This document shows positions 1 through 64,000 of a DNA stretch of 64,000 nt, one piece after another. The stretch is from Glaucostegus cemiculus (lineage: Eukaryota): contig CDPCPM010000451.1 in NCBI GenBank assembly GCA_976551045.1, positions 310,001 to 374,000 of the forward strand, in the 5' to 3' direction. A program made the translations under genes and the position numbers. Numbering within the stretch: position 1 is the first letter of the stretch; every line of letters begins with the position of its first letter. The notes beneath the pieces were generated by a model that was not told the origin of the DNA, ran no database searches, and worked only from the letters and a program-made list of their open reading frames with translations.

Positions 1-2139
1 TTTTATTAGAGGCATATGGAATATTGAAGCTTGTGCAGGGCTTGCAGAGGCATGAGAGTTAATTGTGTAGTATGCTGAATTCAGTTGTTTAACATTCCGG
101 GAGTTTCGTGTTGCAGTGGAAGAAATATAGCAGCTTGTTCAGACTAGTTGGGTTTTTAACAGGGTATTATCCTGGGTTGTACGAGCATGCTGACAAGTTT
201 TCCCATATAAGGAAAAAACTGACAGATGGTATCAAGTATACAAATGTAGTTGAACCCAGTCTCCATGTGTCTTGCACCCCCCCTTGCCAATGTATCAAAA
301 GACCTTGTCCTTTCAAGTGTAGTAGCTAGCCATCCCATGTAAAATGCACAGGCAACTTTCACTTCTCTTTGAGATACAAATACAGATGAAGGATAATGTT
401 GGCAGTTGTGTAGAGTATGTAGTGTATGTGTGGAAGGGGTTGGGAGAAGCTCTGTAATTTTTCTTTGTTATGTAACAAGTCTAATGCTTTAAGAATATAT
501 ATTTTAAAATATTCATCCTCAATGCCTAGACACTTTTCCAGCCAGTTTTAAAACAAACAGTATAATCAGGTGCAGATAATATTCTGGCTGTGGCGCAGTG
601 TACTTCCATAATTCAATTGCCTCTACATCTGTGTCATGGTCATTGCACCATTACCCTCCACTATGCAGGTCAGTGGACTGACTTGCTTGGGTTCTATGCT
701 GTCATATTCAAATATGACCACCATCTTGAAGTATTAACTTGTTTCTGCCTGCACAATAGTGTTTCTGGGGAATCCTAAGAATTGCTTCTTGCTCCATTTT
801 TCACATGCTTGTCCTTGCTGTGGTCACACATCCAAAATGTACATGCATGCGGAGACCAGATCTGCTTTCCCACAGCCATGCCCACACAGGGTTGATAGAA
901 CACTCTCATTGTGTTCCATTAGGAAATCTAATCTAATATAAATGTTTATAGCATTAAGGAGGATGCTTGAATCTGGTGGTGGTTTTGGCTTTTTTACTTC
1001 ATTTCTCATCAGAATACATTAGGTAGTTAGCAAAAGTTTCTACACAGAGTGTAGCAGCTAACACTTTCTTTAAGCTACATTGTTGCTCTAAATGGCAAAT
1101 AGTTTTTAGAAGAGTTTAAGGGATTGATAATGGAAGAACTAATTAGAGAACAAGACCTAAGCAAAATGAAAGGTGGGCTTAAAAGATCCTATGTACTGTT
1201 TGAAGAAATACAGAGGCATTCTTCTGGTGCCCTGGGCAATATTGATTCCATAGTTCAACATCACAAACAGATTCTGTTCGGGTATCTTATTGGTGTTTGG
1301 TGCTTTCTATGTGTTAAATGGAATCTGTGTTTTCCTAGTTAAAATATACTCTCTACATGTCAAAAATAAAGTTGTGCTCTGTGATCTCCTGTAGCTGTGA
1401 AAGGTGTCAGTTAAATGAAAGTCCTTTGCTTCTGTTTTAAATATTACTAAATGCATACAATACAATTCTTAAAACCAACTAAATTTTTTATCCTTTGCCA
1501 TATTGAGCTTTAATTGCTGTTTTACAGATAAAATGGGGAATTAGCAGTTTGTGAAAATGTTGCAAAATTTTTAGTCTTGGTTTGATGCAAGAACAATCAC
1601 ATTTTGTAAGTTGTCAGTCAATTATCTAGGGAAGGAAAGATGTGTACAGATTAAAGTGAAAAGGAAATTATGAAATGTACTGCAAAGCTGTCAAGTGAAA
1701 GATTATACCCAAAACTTGAATTTTGTTTTTGCAAAGTTATCAGCTCTTGGCACATGGGTTCTGTACAGCTATGGAAAGTCTTAAAGTATGGCTATGTTTC
1801 ATTAAAATTCAACTAAAGTAAAACTTAGTTTTGACTTGATTTGCTGGTTCTACTAAGTGTGATGTCTGTTTTGGTGCTCCTCTCCCTGGGTGAAGCAGCT
1901 TGGAGATGATAACATGAGAGCAACATGTTTTTTTGGATTCCATGAAATGTATGTGCACTGATTTACTAGATGCAATGTCGAATAGGCAATAAAATCCCAT
2001 GTTACTTGAGTGTATTAACGTAGTGGTGCTGGGAATTTATTTGCATGAAAGTTATAAGGGAAGGCATGCTACGATTGGGATAAACTGGAGTTTAATGTAG
2101 GAACGATTTAGGTCATACACTTCAGTAAGATTAATGAGA

Positions 2140-2450
2140 AGGGAGACTTGCTTAAGCGATCGTAAATGAGTGGAGTACAGAGGAATCGAAGTGTTCTTGT
2201 GCATGAAACAAAGTTAGCATGCAGGTGTAACAGTTTAAGGCATATTGGCCTTTATTTCTAGGGGGAAAAACAAAAGTTGTTACTATTGTACAGAGAATTG
2301 GTGAGGCAGCTTCTGGAGAACTATGTAGTTTTGGTCCCCCTTAACTAAGGAGACACAAGCTTTGGAGTTAGTCCAGAACAGTTTCACTAGACTAAATCCT
2401 GGGATGAGAGGGCTGCCCTGTCATGAATGCTAAAAAAAAATTTTAGATCT
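2140..2450 (+). mobile_element. Degenerate CR1-type LINE fragment
   Basis: Similar to the CR1 3' ORF2 remnants at 6280-6500 and 55270-55470 (gtgcatga..aaagttagcatgcaggt; tagttttggtcccc). Confidence 0.6.
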
Positions 2451-3312
2451 GGCCTTCTCCTGTTTTGTGTTCTTGTTCAGACAAATGATCTGAGATTGAA
2501 ATGAAGACAGCACACGATAAATGCTTTGCATACTTCTGAATTTAAATATTAAAGATGCTTGAAAACAATGGGAAATATCAATTTAATTTTGTTGTTCCCA
2601 CTTGCATTGTCCCCATCCTGATCCCAGCCTCCAGATTCCAACTCGTTTCCAGGCAATGGGGTGGATGTTGGTGGGAACAATGAAAGGAAATTAAGAGAAT
2701 ATTTCTGCCATGCCTTTTGTGTCAAGAAAATTAATAGTAATAATGCAGAAAACTAACCCCCCATTGACAGAAAAAACTAATAAGAATGGTGATTAATGGT
2801 ATATATTTGGGCAAAAAGTCCATCGTACATTAGTGTTTAATCCTGAGCATTAACTTCCATTTGTTGGTTCAGAATGGAATTTTTTCTCCAGATCTAATTT
2901 TCCAAACTGGCAGTTTTTATGTGAATTATCTTCAAGTTCCAGTGCATCACAGTGGAAAAGACTTGGGCAAATGAATATGTTATTGACATAATCTTAAAAT
3001 AGACAGTACTTCTGCTAAAGAAGTTTAAAACTGCTTATTTCTACATACATTAGCAGTCAATTCCAAAAGTGCAATTGCCTACAATTTCATTAAAACTGCT
3101 TAATTTATATTAAATAGTTTGAATTTTCCTTAAATGACTTAAATGAATAAGACCAGACTAAATTTAGGTGGGTCTCTCTTTAACTGTAGTCATTTCCATA
3201 AATTTTTAAGATACTGTGCCAAGCTTATTTTGGTGGATATGTTGCATAATTGATTCAAGCTGTGTTTTGAACTGTAGGCTTGGGGGAGGGAGACTATTCA
3301 ATCAGACTAGCC

Positions 3313-3904
3313 ATGTTCAAAATTATGTTGAGTTAGACTCCTAACAGGAAATTTTGTCACCTATAAAAAGCTCAAATCGAGCAAAGCTACTTCAGTTTGA
3401 AATTCTAGTCCAGCACCTTTTGGGACCTGATTGGTGCTGGACCACAGAAATTACCCATGATCATCTCCCTGTGGTCAGGGGAACTGTTTTTAAGTATGGT
3501 GGAATGGTTGTGAGAAATGGAAGCTGGAGGGCTCCGTGAACTGTCTGTGACCCAGAGTTTCAGTAAGTCTGAAATGCTGTTGGGTGAGATCGCCAAAGAT
3601 TCACTGGTAGGTTAATTAGCTGTAGATTACTACAGATCTTAATTTTAGATCAGAGTTAGATCTTAGTTAGAATTAATTAGTACAGATCTGTACTATATTC
3701 AAAGCATGCCAGACCATAGAATTTGAACCAGTAGTTCCCCTGACCACAGGGAGATGATCATGGGTAATTTCTGTGGTCCAGCACCAATCAGGTCCCAAAG
3801 GTGCTGGACTAGAATTTCAAGCTGAAGTAGTTATGCTCGATTTGAGCTTTTTATAGGTGACAAAATTTCCTGTTAGGAGTCTAACTCAACATAATTTTGT
3901 ACAT
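3313..3904. repeat. Long inverted repeat: arms 3313-3485 and 3733-3904, 247-bp spacer
   Basis: Manual reverse-complement alignment gives 4 substitutions and 1 indel over ~173 bp. Confidence 0.95.
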
Positions 3905-4149
3905 CCAAGCTAAGTTATTAACATTGAAAAATTTAGAGATCTTGCAACCAACATCAGAGTGTAGTGTAAGTTTAAAGAAGAAACTGCTTCATACTGGGTT
4001 GAGATTCTAATTCCAAATAAATAAAATGAGACTCTTTGTAATTGAATTATTTACTTAAATTTATCAATATCACATGTGATCTGATATGCCATCACAATCA
4101 TAGACAGAAATGAAGTTCTATTGAAATATGAGAGTCCAGAATTTAAAGC

Positions 4150-4650
4150 TCCTTAAAGGTGTTGCAGACAATCCAGAAGAGAATCACTAAGATAATTCCT
4201 AAGATGAAAGGGTTGTCCATCAGAAATGCCTAAATAAATGTTAGACCTATATCCTTAGAAATTTAGAAGAATGAGGAATGATCTTATTGACTCGTAAGAT
4301 CCTAAGAAGACATAATAAGGTAAATGATGAGATATTTCTATTAGTGAGAGTCTTGAATGAGGAGACATAATTTCATGATAAGGGGCAGTCATTTAAAATT
4401 GAGGTGTACAGGAATTCTCGAAGGTGGTGGTGAATCTCTGGAATTCTTTCTTGGAAAGTTTGAAGGCTAGATTGCTGGTGGTACTTAAATAGTAGATATT
4501 TCAAATCTCTGAAAGATTGGACAATTGAGGGCTGTGGACCTGGCACAGAAGAGGAGTTGGTGCCTGGAACAAATCAGCTATGATCATGTTGAATAGCAGG
4601 GCAGATTTGCAGTGCCAGGTAGCCCATTCTTGCTCTTGTTTGTTTGTGTA
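4150..4650 (+). mobile_element. CR1-type LINE 3' end remnant
   Basis: tttagaagaatgagg, gtggtgaatctctggaattc and aaatcagctatgatc...gaatagcagggcag tail, shared with the copy at 55270-55890. Confidence 0.75.
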
Positions 4651-5384
4651 TCTCTGTAAATTCCTTCCATTCTTTTTTAGTATCCAGAATTAAAAATATA
4701 CCTAGCAATTGGATCCTGATTTTAATTTTGCTCCTTTTTACATTCTCATCCTTTCATTTGTTGGAAGCAGTGCCAGTCTCAATGTGACCCAGTTTTTCAT
4801 AACCTATTTTACTAAAAGCACAAGGATAACTAAAATTTATTAGCTGGTAGGTTGTTTTGACATTTACTTAGAATTTTAATAAACACTAACATTTCTTCAC
4901 TGTGCTCGCTAATTGAACAGACTTTTAAAGAGAGAATATGCTAAGTAGCGATTGCATAATATGATAAAATACTCAAGGCCATTCAGCTAATAATACTTAT
5001 GTCAGTTCTATGATAGAATAACCAGTCAGTGCACTCTTTTCCCAGAATCCTACAGCTTTCCTGTATCATACAAATCTAATTCTCTTGAAAATTAGTAGAA
5101 CTCTCTACCATGCTTTCAGAAAATCCATTATAGATCATTCATAACTCATTGAATAATTTCACCCATTTTGCCTCATTGCTTTATTGTTGAAGTGTTTATG
5201 ATGACCTAGAGTATTCCTGTTTATAGTTAACAATTGCAAACCTTGTGATATTGCCTTCATTTTGGGATTTCAGTTTTCTGTCACGTTGATAGGCTTGCTT
5301 TTCATTATTTAGGAAGTACTCTCCATTTTTTTCATGTAGTTGTACAAAACACTGGTTAGACTGTTGGTTTTCCTAATTTCCATA

Positions 5385-5660
5385 TGACACAGAAGGAAGC
5401 TATTTGGCTCATCAAGTCTGTACTAGCGCTTGGAGCAATCCTGTTACCCCCTCTGATTTTCCCCTGTAACCAATTTACATGAACTCCCAAATTTTACCAC
5501 CCACCTAAAGAAGGTAGAACTTGTAGTGGTCAGTTGATCCATCAATTTGCACATATTTGACTTGTCACAGGAAGAATGTGTAAACTCTGCAAGACAGCAT
5601 CAGAAGTCAGGACTGAGCTGTGAGGCAGCAGATCTTGTAACTGTGCTGCTGCACCACACC
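5385..5660 (-). mobile_element. Degenerate tRNA-derived SINE (V-SINE/HE1-like)
   Basis: Reverse complement of SINE body motifs (gtcacaggaagaatgtgtaaactc; gagctgtgaggcagc...actgtgctgc). Confidence 0.65.
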
Positions 5661-5689
5661 ATAATTTTATAAAATTACCTACATTTTGG

Positions 5690-6900
5690 GGAAGTTCCAT
5701 TAGTTTCCAATACAGCAAATGTAGTTCCTTTATTCAAAAAGGGAGAGACTGAAATCAGGAAACTAGAGGCTGGTTAGCTTGCTTGTCATATAGAAAATCT
5801 TAAATTTTATTAAAGATAGCAGGGCACTGAGAAAAATTCAAAACAATCAGCAAAATCCTCATCTTTTTAAGAGAAGTTGTGTTTGACTGATTTTATTGGA
5901 GTTCTTTTGAAGAAACATGCTGTGGCTAAAGGAGAACTGGTGAGTGTTCTGTTTGATAAAGTGCTGCGACAAAGGTCATTGTGGAAAATAAATGCTTATG
6001 GAATAGGTGGTAACAGGGAGGAGGTGTAGATAGAAGGTTGGCTGGCTAACAAAATGGTGCTAGGACTTCAACTTTTTACAATTTATATAATTGACTTGTA
6101 GGAAGGGATCAAAGGTATGGTTGCTTAACTTGCTGACAACACAAAAATGGGTAGGACAATTGGTAAAGAAGAGGTTAGAGGTTACAAAGGGCTATTGATA
6201 AGTGAATGGGTAAAGATTTGAAAAATGAAATTTATTGGAAAATTACATGGGCATGAAACATCTGAATGGTGAGAGATTGCAGAGGGATCTGGGTGCATGA
6301 TTTGTCAAAGGGTAGTATGCAGGTACAAGTTATTAGGAAAGATAATTGAACATGGCTATTTTTTGGGAAGGGTATTGAGTACAAAAGTAGGGAGGTTATG
6401 TTTCAGTCACATAGTATGGTATTGGTCTTTCTTTTTAAGGAGTTTGTTTAATGGAGTTTTACTAGACATGCCTGGAATTACTGAATTATGAGAGAAGATT
6501 GGACAGGCTAGGCTTGTACCTGTTGAAGTTGGTGGAGGAGGGGCACGGGGGAAACTTGATTGAAGCAAATGAGATATTGACAAGTTTTAACAGGATGAAT
6601 GTGGAGAGGATGATTCCTTATGGGAGAATCTAGAGGTTTTTTTTTAATTAAAGGATTGCTCTTTTCAGATGGAGATGAGGTGAATTTTTTTTTTGAGAGT
6701 CAAGTGTCTTTGGAACTCAAAGGGCAGTGGAAGCAAAATCTTTGAATATTTTTAAGCCAAAGACTGTTAGGTTCTGGATAGCTGAGCAGATGAAAGGTTA
6801 CCGTAGACGTGCATTGCAATCAAATCAACTATTATCTTAATGAATGGCAGAGCAGGTCTAGGGGGTCGAAGTAACCTACTTCACCACTTACATTGTATGA
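5690..6900 (+). mobile_element. CR1-type LINE, decayed RT region to 3' UTR
   Basis: Decayed ANVVPLFKKG and FADDTK-like codons (gcaaatgtagttcctttattcaaaaaggga; ttgctgacaacacaaaaatggg) plus a CR1 tail; many stops. Confidence 0.8.
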
Positions 6901-7879
6901 CTGCAATAACTAGTGTCTCCCTCTTCCTTTAATTTTCTTTTTCATTATGTCCTTCACTTGGTATCAGGTACACAAAATATCTTAAAGATGAAATTATTGA
7001 ATTCCCTAAATGTACATCATTTCTCTCTTTTAGATGTGCCCCAAAATTTTATGGTAGGCTTTGTCTTTTTGAGAGTCCTTGAACATATTCTCACAGGCAG
7101 CAAACTCATTGTGTGGGGTTGTAATCAGTTCCTATAGATCCATGATTTATTCCTGCAACTGCAGAAAATTAATGCTCTGCTGATGGGCTCATTGAGGTGT
7201 TAGCTGTTGGGAGTATGGTTATAATGACAGTGGATGAGATTGTCTCCATTCTGGACTTGTATGTTCATTTGAGCCACCCTCAGAAGTGATTCTGGTTGTT
7301 AGTCTGGCCCTTAACACAAAATTGTGCAGCATTGAGCCATTTGAATGGGGTATAAGCTCGAGACTTGTTGCTGTTCTTATTTTGGTAATGTGTAAAAGGA
7401 AATTTCTAAATAGTATAGAGATTCTGCTCTGTATCAGAGTTCAGCCTGTAATTGAAAACTGTTTCATTACAATGGCTATTTGGAGTTCAAGTTGATGATA
7501 ATTAACCTAACTTTGCAATGAATGAGTCACATGTCCCTGATTAGCTGTCCATGTTTCTTCATGTGATGCTAATTCTTATCATTGGTGTGATGACATTGCT
7601 GTTTCTCCCATTTTAGTTAAACAAAGTGGACTGTGAGTAGTAAAGTAAAATTAAATATTCATTTCTTGAAGCTGGTTGTGGCAGCCCCATAGTTTCATAG
7701 AAACTTACTTCTTGGTGGAATTAAACAGCTCCTTTTTGCCTTTGCTTTTCTAAGGTGGAATATTTTTCTGTTAGTCTCTGACATGAGACTTTGTGTTCAG
7801 CTCCAGGATTAACAGTCAAAATGATGAATGGGAGCAGCAAAAAATAATCAAAGCAGCAGGCAAGTTGATGAGTCTTCTG

Positions 7880-8150
7880 AGACTACCACTGCATCTATGC
7901 AACGATCATGCCTACCAATATTAATCCCACTTTCTGTATTAATTTCATATCCCCCCCTCTGTCATGTTCATTCAAGTATCTGTCAAGATGTCTCTTAAAT
8001 ATTGTTGCTGTTCTCGTCTCCACCACCACTTTTGGCAGCTCATTACAAACACCAACTACTTTGTTTGAAAAATGTACCCCTCAGCTACCTTTTTAAATCT
8101 CCTCTCTAATCTTAAACTTATGCCCTCTAGTTTTAGACTATCTAACCGTG
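7880..8150 (-). mobile_element. CR1-type LINE 3' fragment
   Basis: ctccaccaccacttttggcagctcattac, ttaaacttatgccctctagttttagac: antisense CR1 3' region. Confidence 0.65.
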
Positions 8151-9616
8151 CTACCTTTTAGGTAACAATCATCTATCAGTCTCAGATTTAACTTTAATAA
8201 TTAACCTAGTATTACTTGCCCTTTGTGTGGGTGTTCCATCTTGGATGTAGAGCATTGTGTCTTTTTGGGTGTGGAAATAGTACTTAGGCATTTTACTTCA
8301 CGTCCTCAATCTGTTTGTACTACTGCAAAGTAGGAGTTTATTTAATTCTGGTAAATTTTGAATACTCATATCTCAAAATTAGAATTTCTAATCATTTACC
8401 ATTTGTTTTGTTGAATTTTGTGTCGTTTCTATGCACTTTTTTGCTTGATTTTTACATTTGATACATTGAAAATATATGGAAGTTTTGGAAAAATTGAGAG
8501 TAATTGTGACTTTTGGAGTTTTTTTAAACAAAAAGCCAATTTTAATCAGTCTTTGCTGCCAGGGTAAGTGTAAAATGTATGTATCCTTTAAGATGATTTA
8601 GAAGGAGTTGGGGTCCTGAAAATAACCAATGTGTCTGTACTTCCTATAATTGCAGTAAAGCAGTTTTTTGTTTATTTTTACTCAACCGTAGGAAAGGGTA
8701 ATAGTCACAAATGGGCACTCACGAGATGTAAAATAACCCACAAAACTGTAAATGTTGTGTTTTTATCAATAATAGAGAGAATCTAGTTACAGAATTATTT
8801 AAACAACCCAGGTCAATTGTTTACCCTTAAGAATTTATACAACTGTATGGCATCAAGATGTCTGTGTCGTGCTGATCAAGATGTTTTTTAGAATCAAGGA
8901 TGAAGCCTTTTTGACTTTAAATACTCAGTGTCAGTTTCGTACATCATAGCCCAAGGTTGTATCCAGTCATCTACTGAATAAAAATAACACTGGGACTTGT
9001 TCCCCTAAACCCCTCACCCCCAATCTGTAATCTCCACTGTCCACATTATTTATATTTTGACATGTAAGTGGTGTTAATGATCAGTATGCAATCCATCATG
9101 CTAACCATCAATACATAGCTCAGCATCTGTATAACCAAAAAAAAAGCATTTTAACTTGTGCATCATAGCTTTTCTTCAAGTTAGTGAATTAAGTGTTTAG
9201 CAATCTGTGGTGACAAAGGTTGTTAATATTTAGCTTTCATAAATGACATGCTTTTGAAAAGCTCATTGAAAATTACTATTTTAATATTGTTACTAATCAG
9301 GTTTTAGATGGTTTTAATATTTTCAGTCACTACTTGCATATTTACCATTGTGTTTGTATAATAGAAGCTGATCCTTTTAAAAGAAAAAACTAAAAACAGT
9401 ATTTTTGAATTCCAGTATATAATTTTTTGTTTGAGATGTGTTGCCTGCTGGTTATATTTCAGGTTTGAACCACCTGTTTGCATTGGAGAATTCTGTTAAA
9501 ACTTGGGGTTGATGTTTAATAGCCATATCAACCCTAGCTGGGACAAAATGGGAAAGCGCCAAGAAAAAGATGAACTTAATGCATCAGTAATTAATATTTA
9601 ATTTGCTTCATTTCAG

Positions 9617-62734
<53,118 letters not shown>

Positions 62735-63369
62735 GTCTGTTGCGGATTTTGTGGCCCTATTAAACAGTGTATAAATTATTTTCCTTAATCCTTTGTGCAG
62801 AAATATGTTCAACTTCAAGACCTCTGTCCAAGATGGTTAGCGCACAGCTCTGCCTTGTCTCCTCCCTCCAAGATGATGACAGTATGAATTGCCATAAGGT
62901 CATTGGGCTGCCCATGGGTCGGGTCTTGGTTTCTTTCTTAATTGCCATTCGCAGGAGTGTCACAGCAAGGATACAAGAAGCCACTTGGCCACTAAAGGCT
63001 AGTCCTATCACAGAATTGGCAAGGGGTGGGAGTGACGGTGCAGGCCAGGGCCAGCAAGATCTGGTTTAATACTGCCTTCAGACTAGTTGGAAGGAACCTC
63101 TGCTTAACTTGGACAGTTGTCTGATAACTTGGTGTCAGAGGCATTTTGGAAAAACTTGACTATGTTAGCAAATGTTGAATTTGATGTATTTTCAGACTCA
63201 AAGTATATGATGGGGTTATAGCTGTTTCAGCTGAGACACTGGCTCTGATTCAATAACCAAGCATGCTGGGCAAAGGCAGTTGCACTTGGCTGCGTGCTGT
63301 GTGTGATCAGTGGTGTCAAAGGCTACCAATAGGTTAAGTTGGATGAAGAGTAATAGTTTACCATTGTCA

Positions 63370-63800
63370 CATTCATGGCATTATTTTATTGCGATAGGGG
63401 CTGAATATCGGGCATTTTTTTAAGCAAAACATCACATTCAAGTGTTCCATGGAGGAAAAGTAGGCTGTATATGTGGTGGTAGTTTCTAAGATCAAAGGGG
63501 TGAATGTTGTTGAGGTGAATGACAAGAAACTTGAGGAGGAGTGGTACCAGGAGAAGGCGACGTTAACAAAATCAGCCAGGTCAACAATTTGGTCGTAAGT
63601 AAGGTAGCAAAAGGCTTGTCTTGAGATGAGCTCGGAACAAAATAGACGATGGGTGAACCTGCTGAAATGAGTGTTCAGGATTAAGGCAACAGAATTTGGA
63701 ACTTCAGCCTGTTGGCCTAAGAAAAGGAAGGAAATGGTAAAGGCAGCATTTATCTTTGTGCCAACCATCTAGCTATCTCTACCTTGAGGGTAGAAGAGGC
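63370..63800 (-). mobile_element. Probable old L2-like LINE remnant
   Basis: Composition and decayed motifs only; the 131-aa ORF has no recognisable domain. Confidence 0.3.
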
Positions 63801-64000
63801 ACAGGAAGGTAGTTAAATAAAAACTGGTGGTACTGTCTAGTTTGTCAAGTGAATAAACATTCTACGACTTCTATCTATCCCTCAAACATAATTGCTGAAA
63901 CAGTTTACTTGGTCATTATATTAGTGCTATTTGTGGGGTCAGCACTCAAATCTCTGCAAACTCTGCTACCATTTCACCTACATTGCAACTTATTTTAAAG

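Noticed and set aside
8550-8590. Strong U2 donor AGG|GTAAGT (8564) next to a U12-like GTATCCTTT (8581)
   Set aside because: No convincing acceptor or in-frame exon upstream (14 nt); a single motif, unlike the duplicated U11-binding enhancer; similar words occur by chance in AT-rich DNA.
1-9616. Search for MYH9 exon 3 (TYSGLFC...) or a nested gene in the first intron segment
   Set aside because: No such coding sequence seen; only repeats and unique intronic DNA.
62767-63069. 100-aa + strand ORF after exon 39 as an alternative tail exon
   Set aside because: No coiled-coil or tailpiece similarity and no clear in-phase acceptor.

Overview
Vertebrate genomic DNA: AT-rich, CpG-depleted and intron-dominated. 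The SINE and CR1 families point to a cartilaginous fish, probably a ray or other batoid (inference). The whole window lies inside one + strand gene, a non-muscle myosin II heavy chain. Diagnostic residues ([47 protein letters not shown]) make it an MYH9/NMHC II-A orthologue. I traced 36 constitutive exons by hand (exons 4-39 in human numbering, 9617-62734, about aa 164-1864). They have consistent phases and no stops; the start and end of the gene are outside the window. Highlights: (1) a 21-nt loop-1 micro-exon (QSTVLAY) resembling the MYH11 SM-B insert; (2) a 63-nt loop-2 cassette exon (EIKRFQRAYFYTRFPILHLEP) resembling the MYH10 B2 insert, followed by a candidate 69-nt stop-containing exon and a UGCAUG cluster; (3) a U12-type intron and two GC-AG introns; (4) a ~97% identical 173-bp inverted duplication with a patchwork spacer; (5) a young CpG-rich solo LTR with a 4-bp TSD and a perfect ETS-CRE motif; (6) many LINE/SINE remnants. 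Repeat family names and paralogue comparisons are from recognition and memory, not database searches. Repeat boundaries are approximate.
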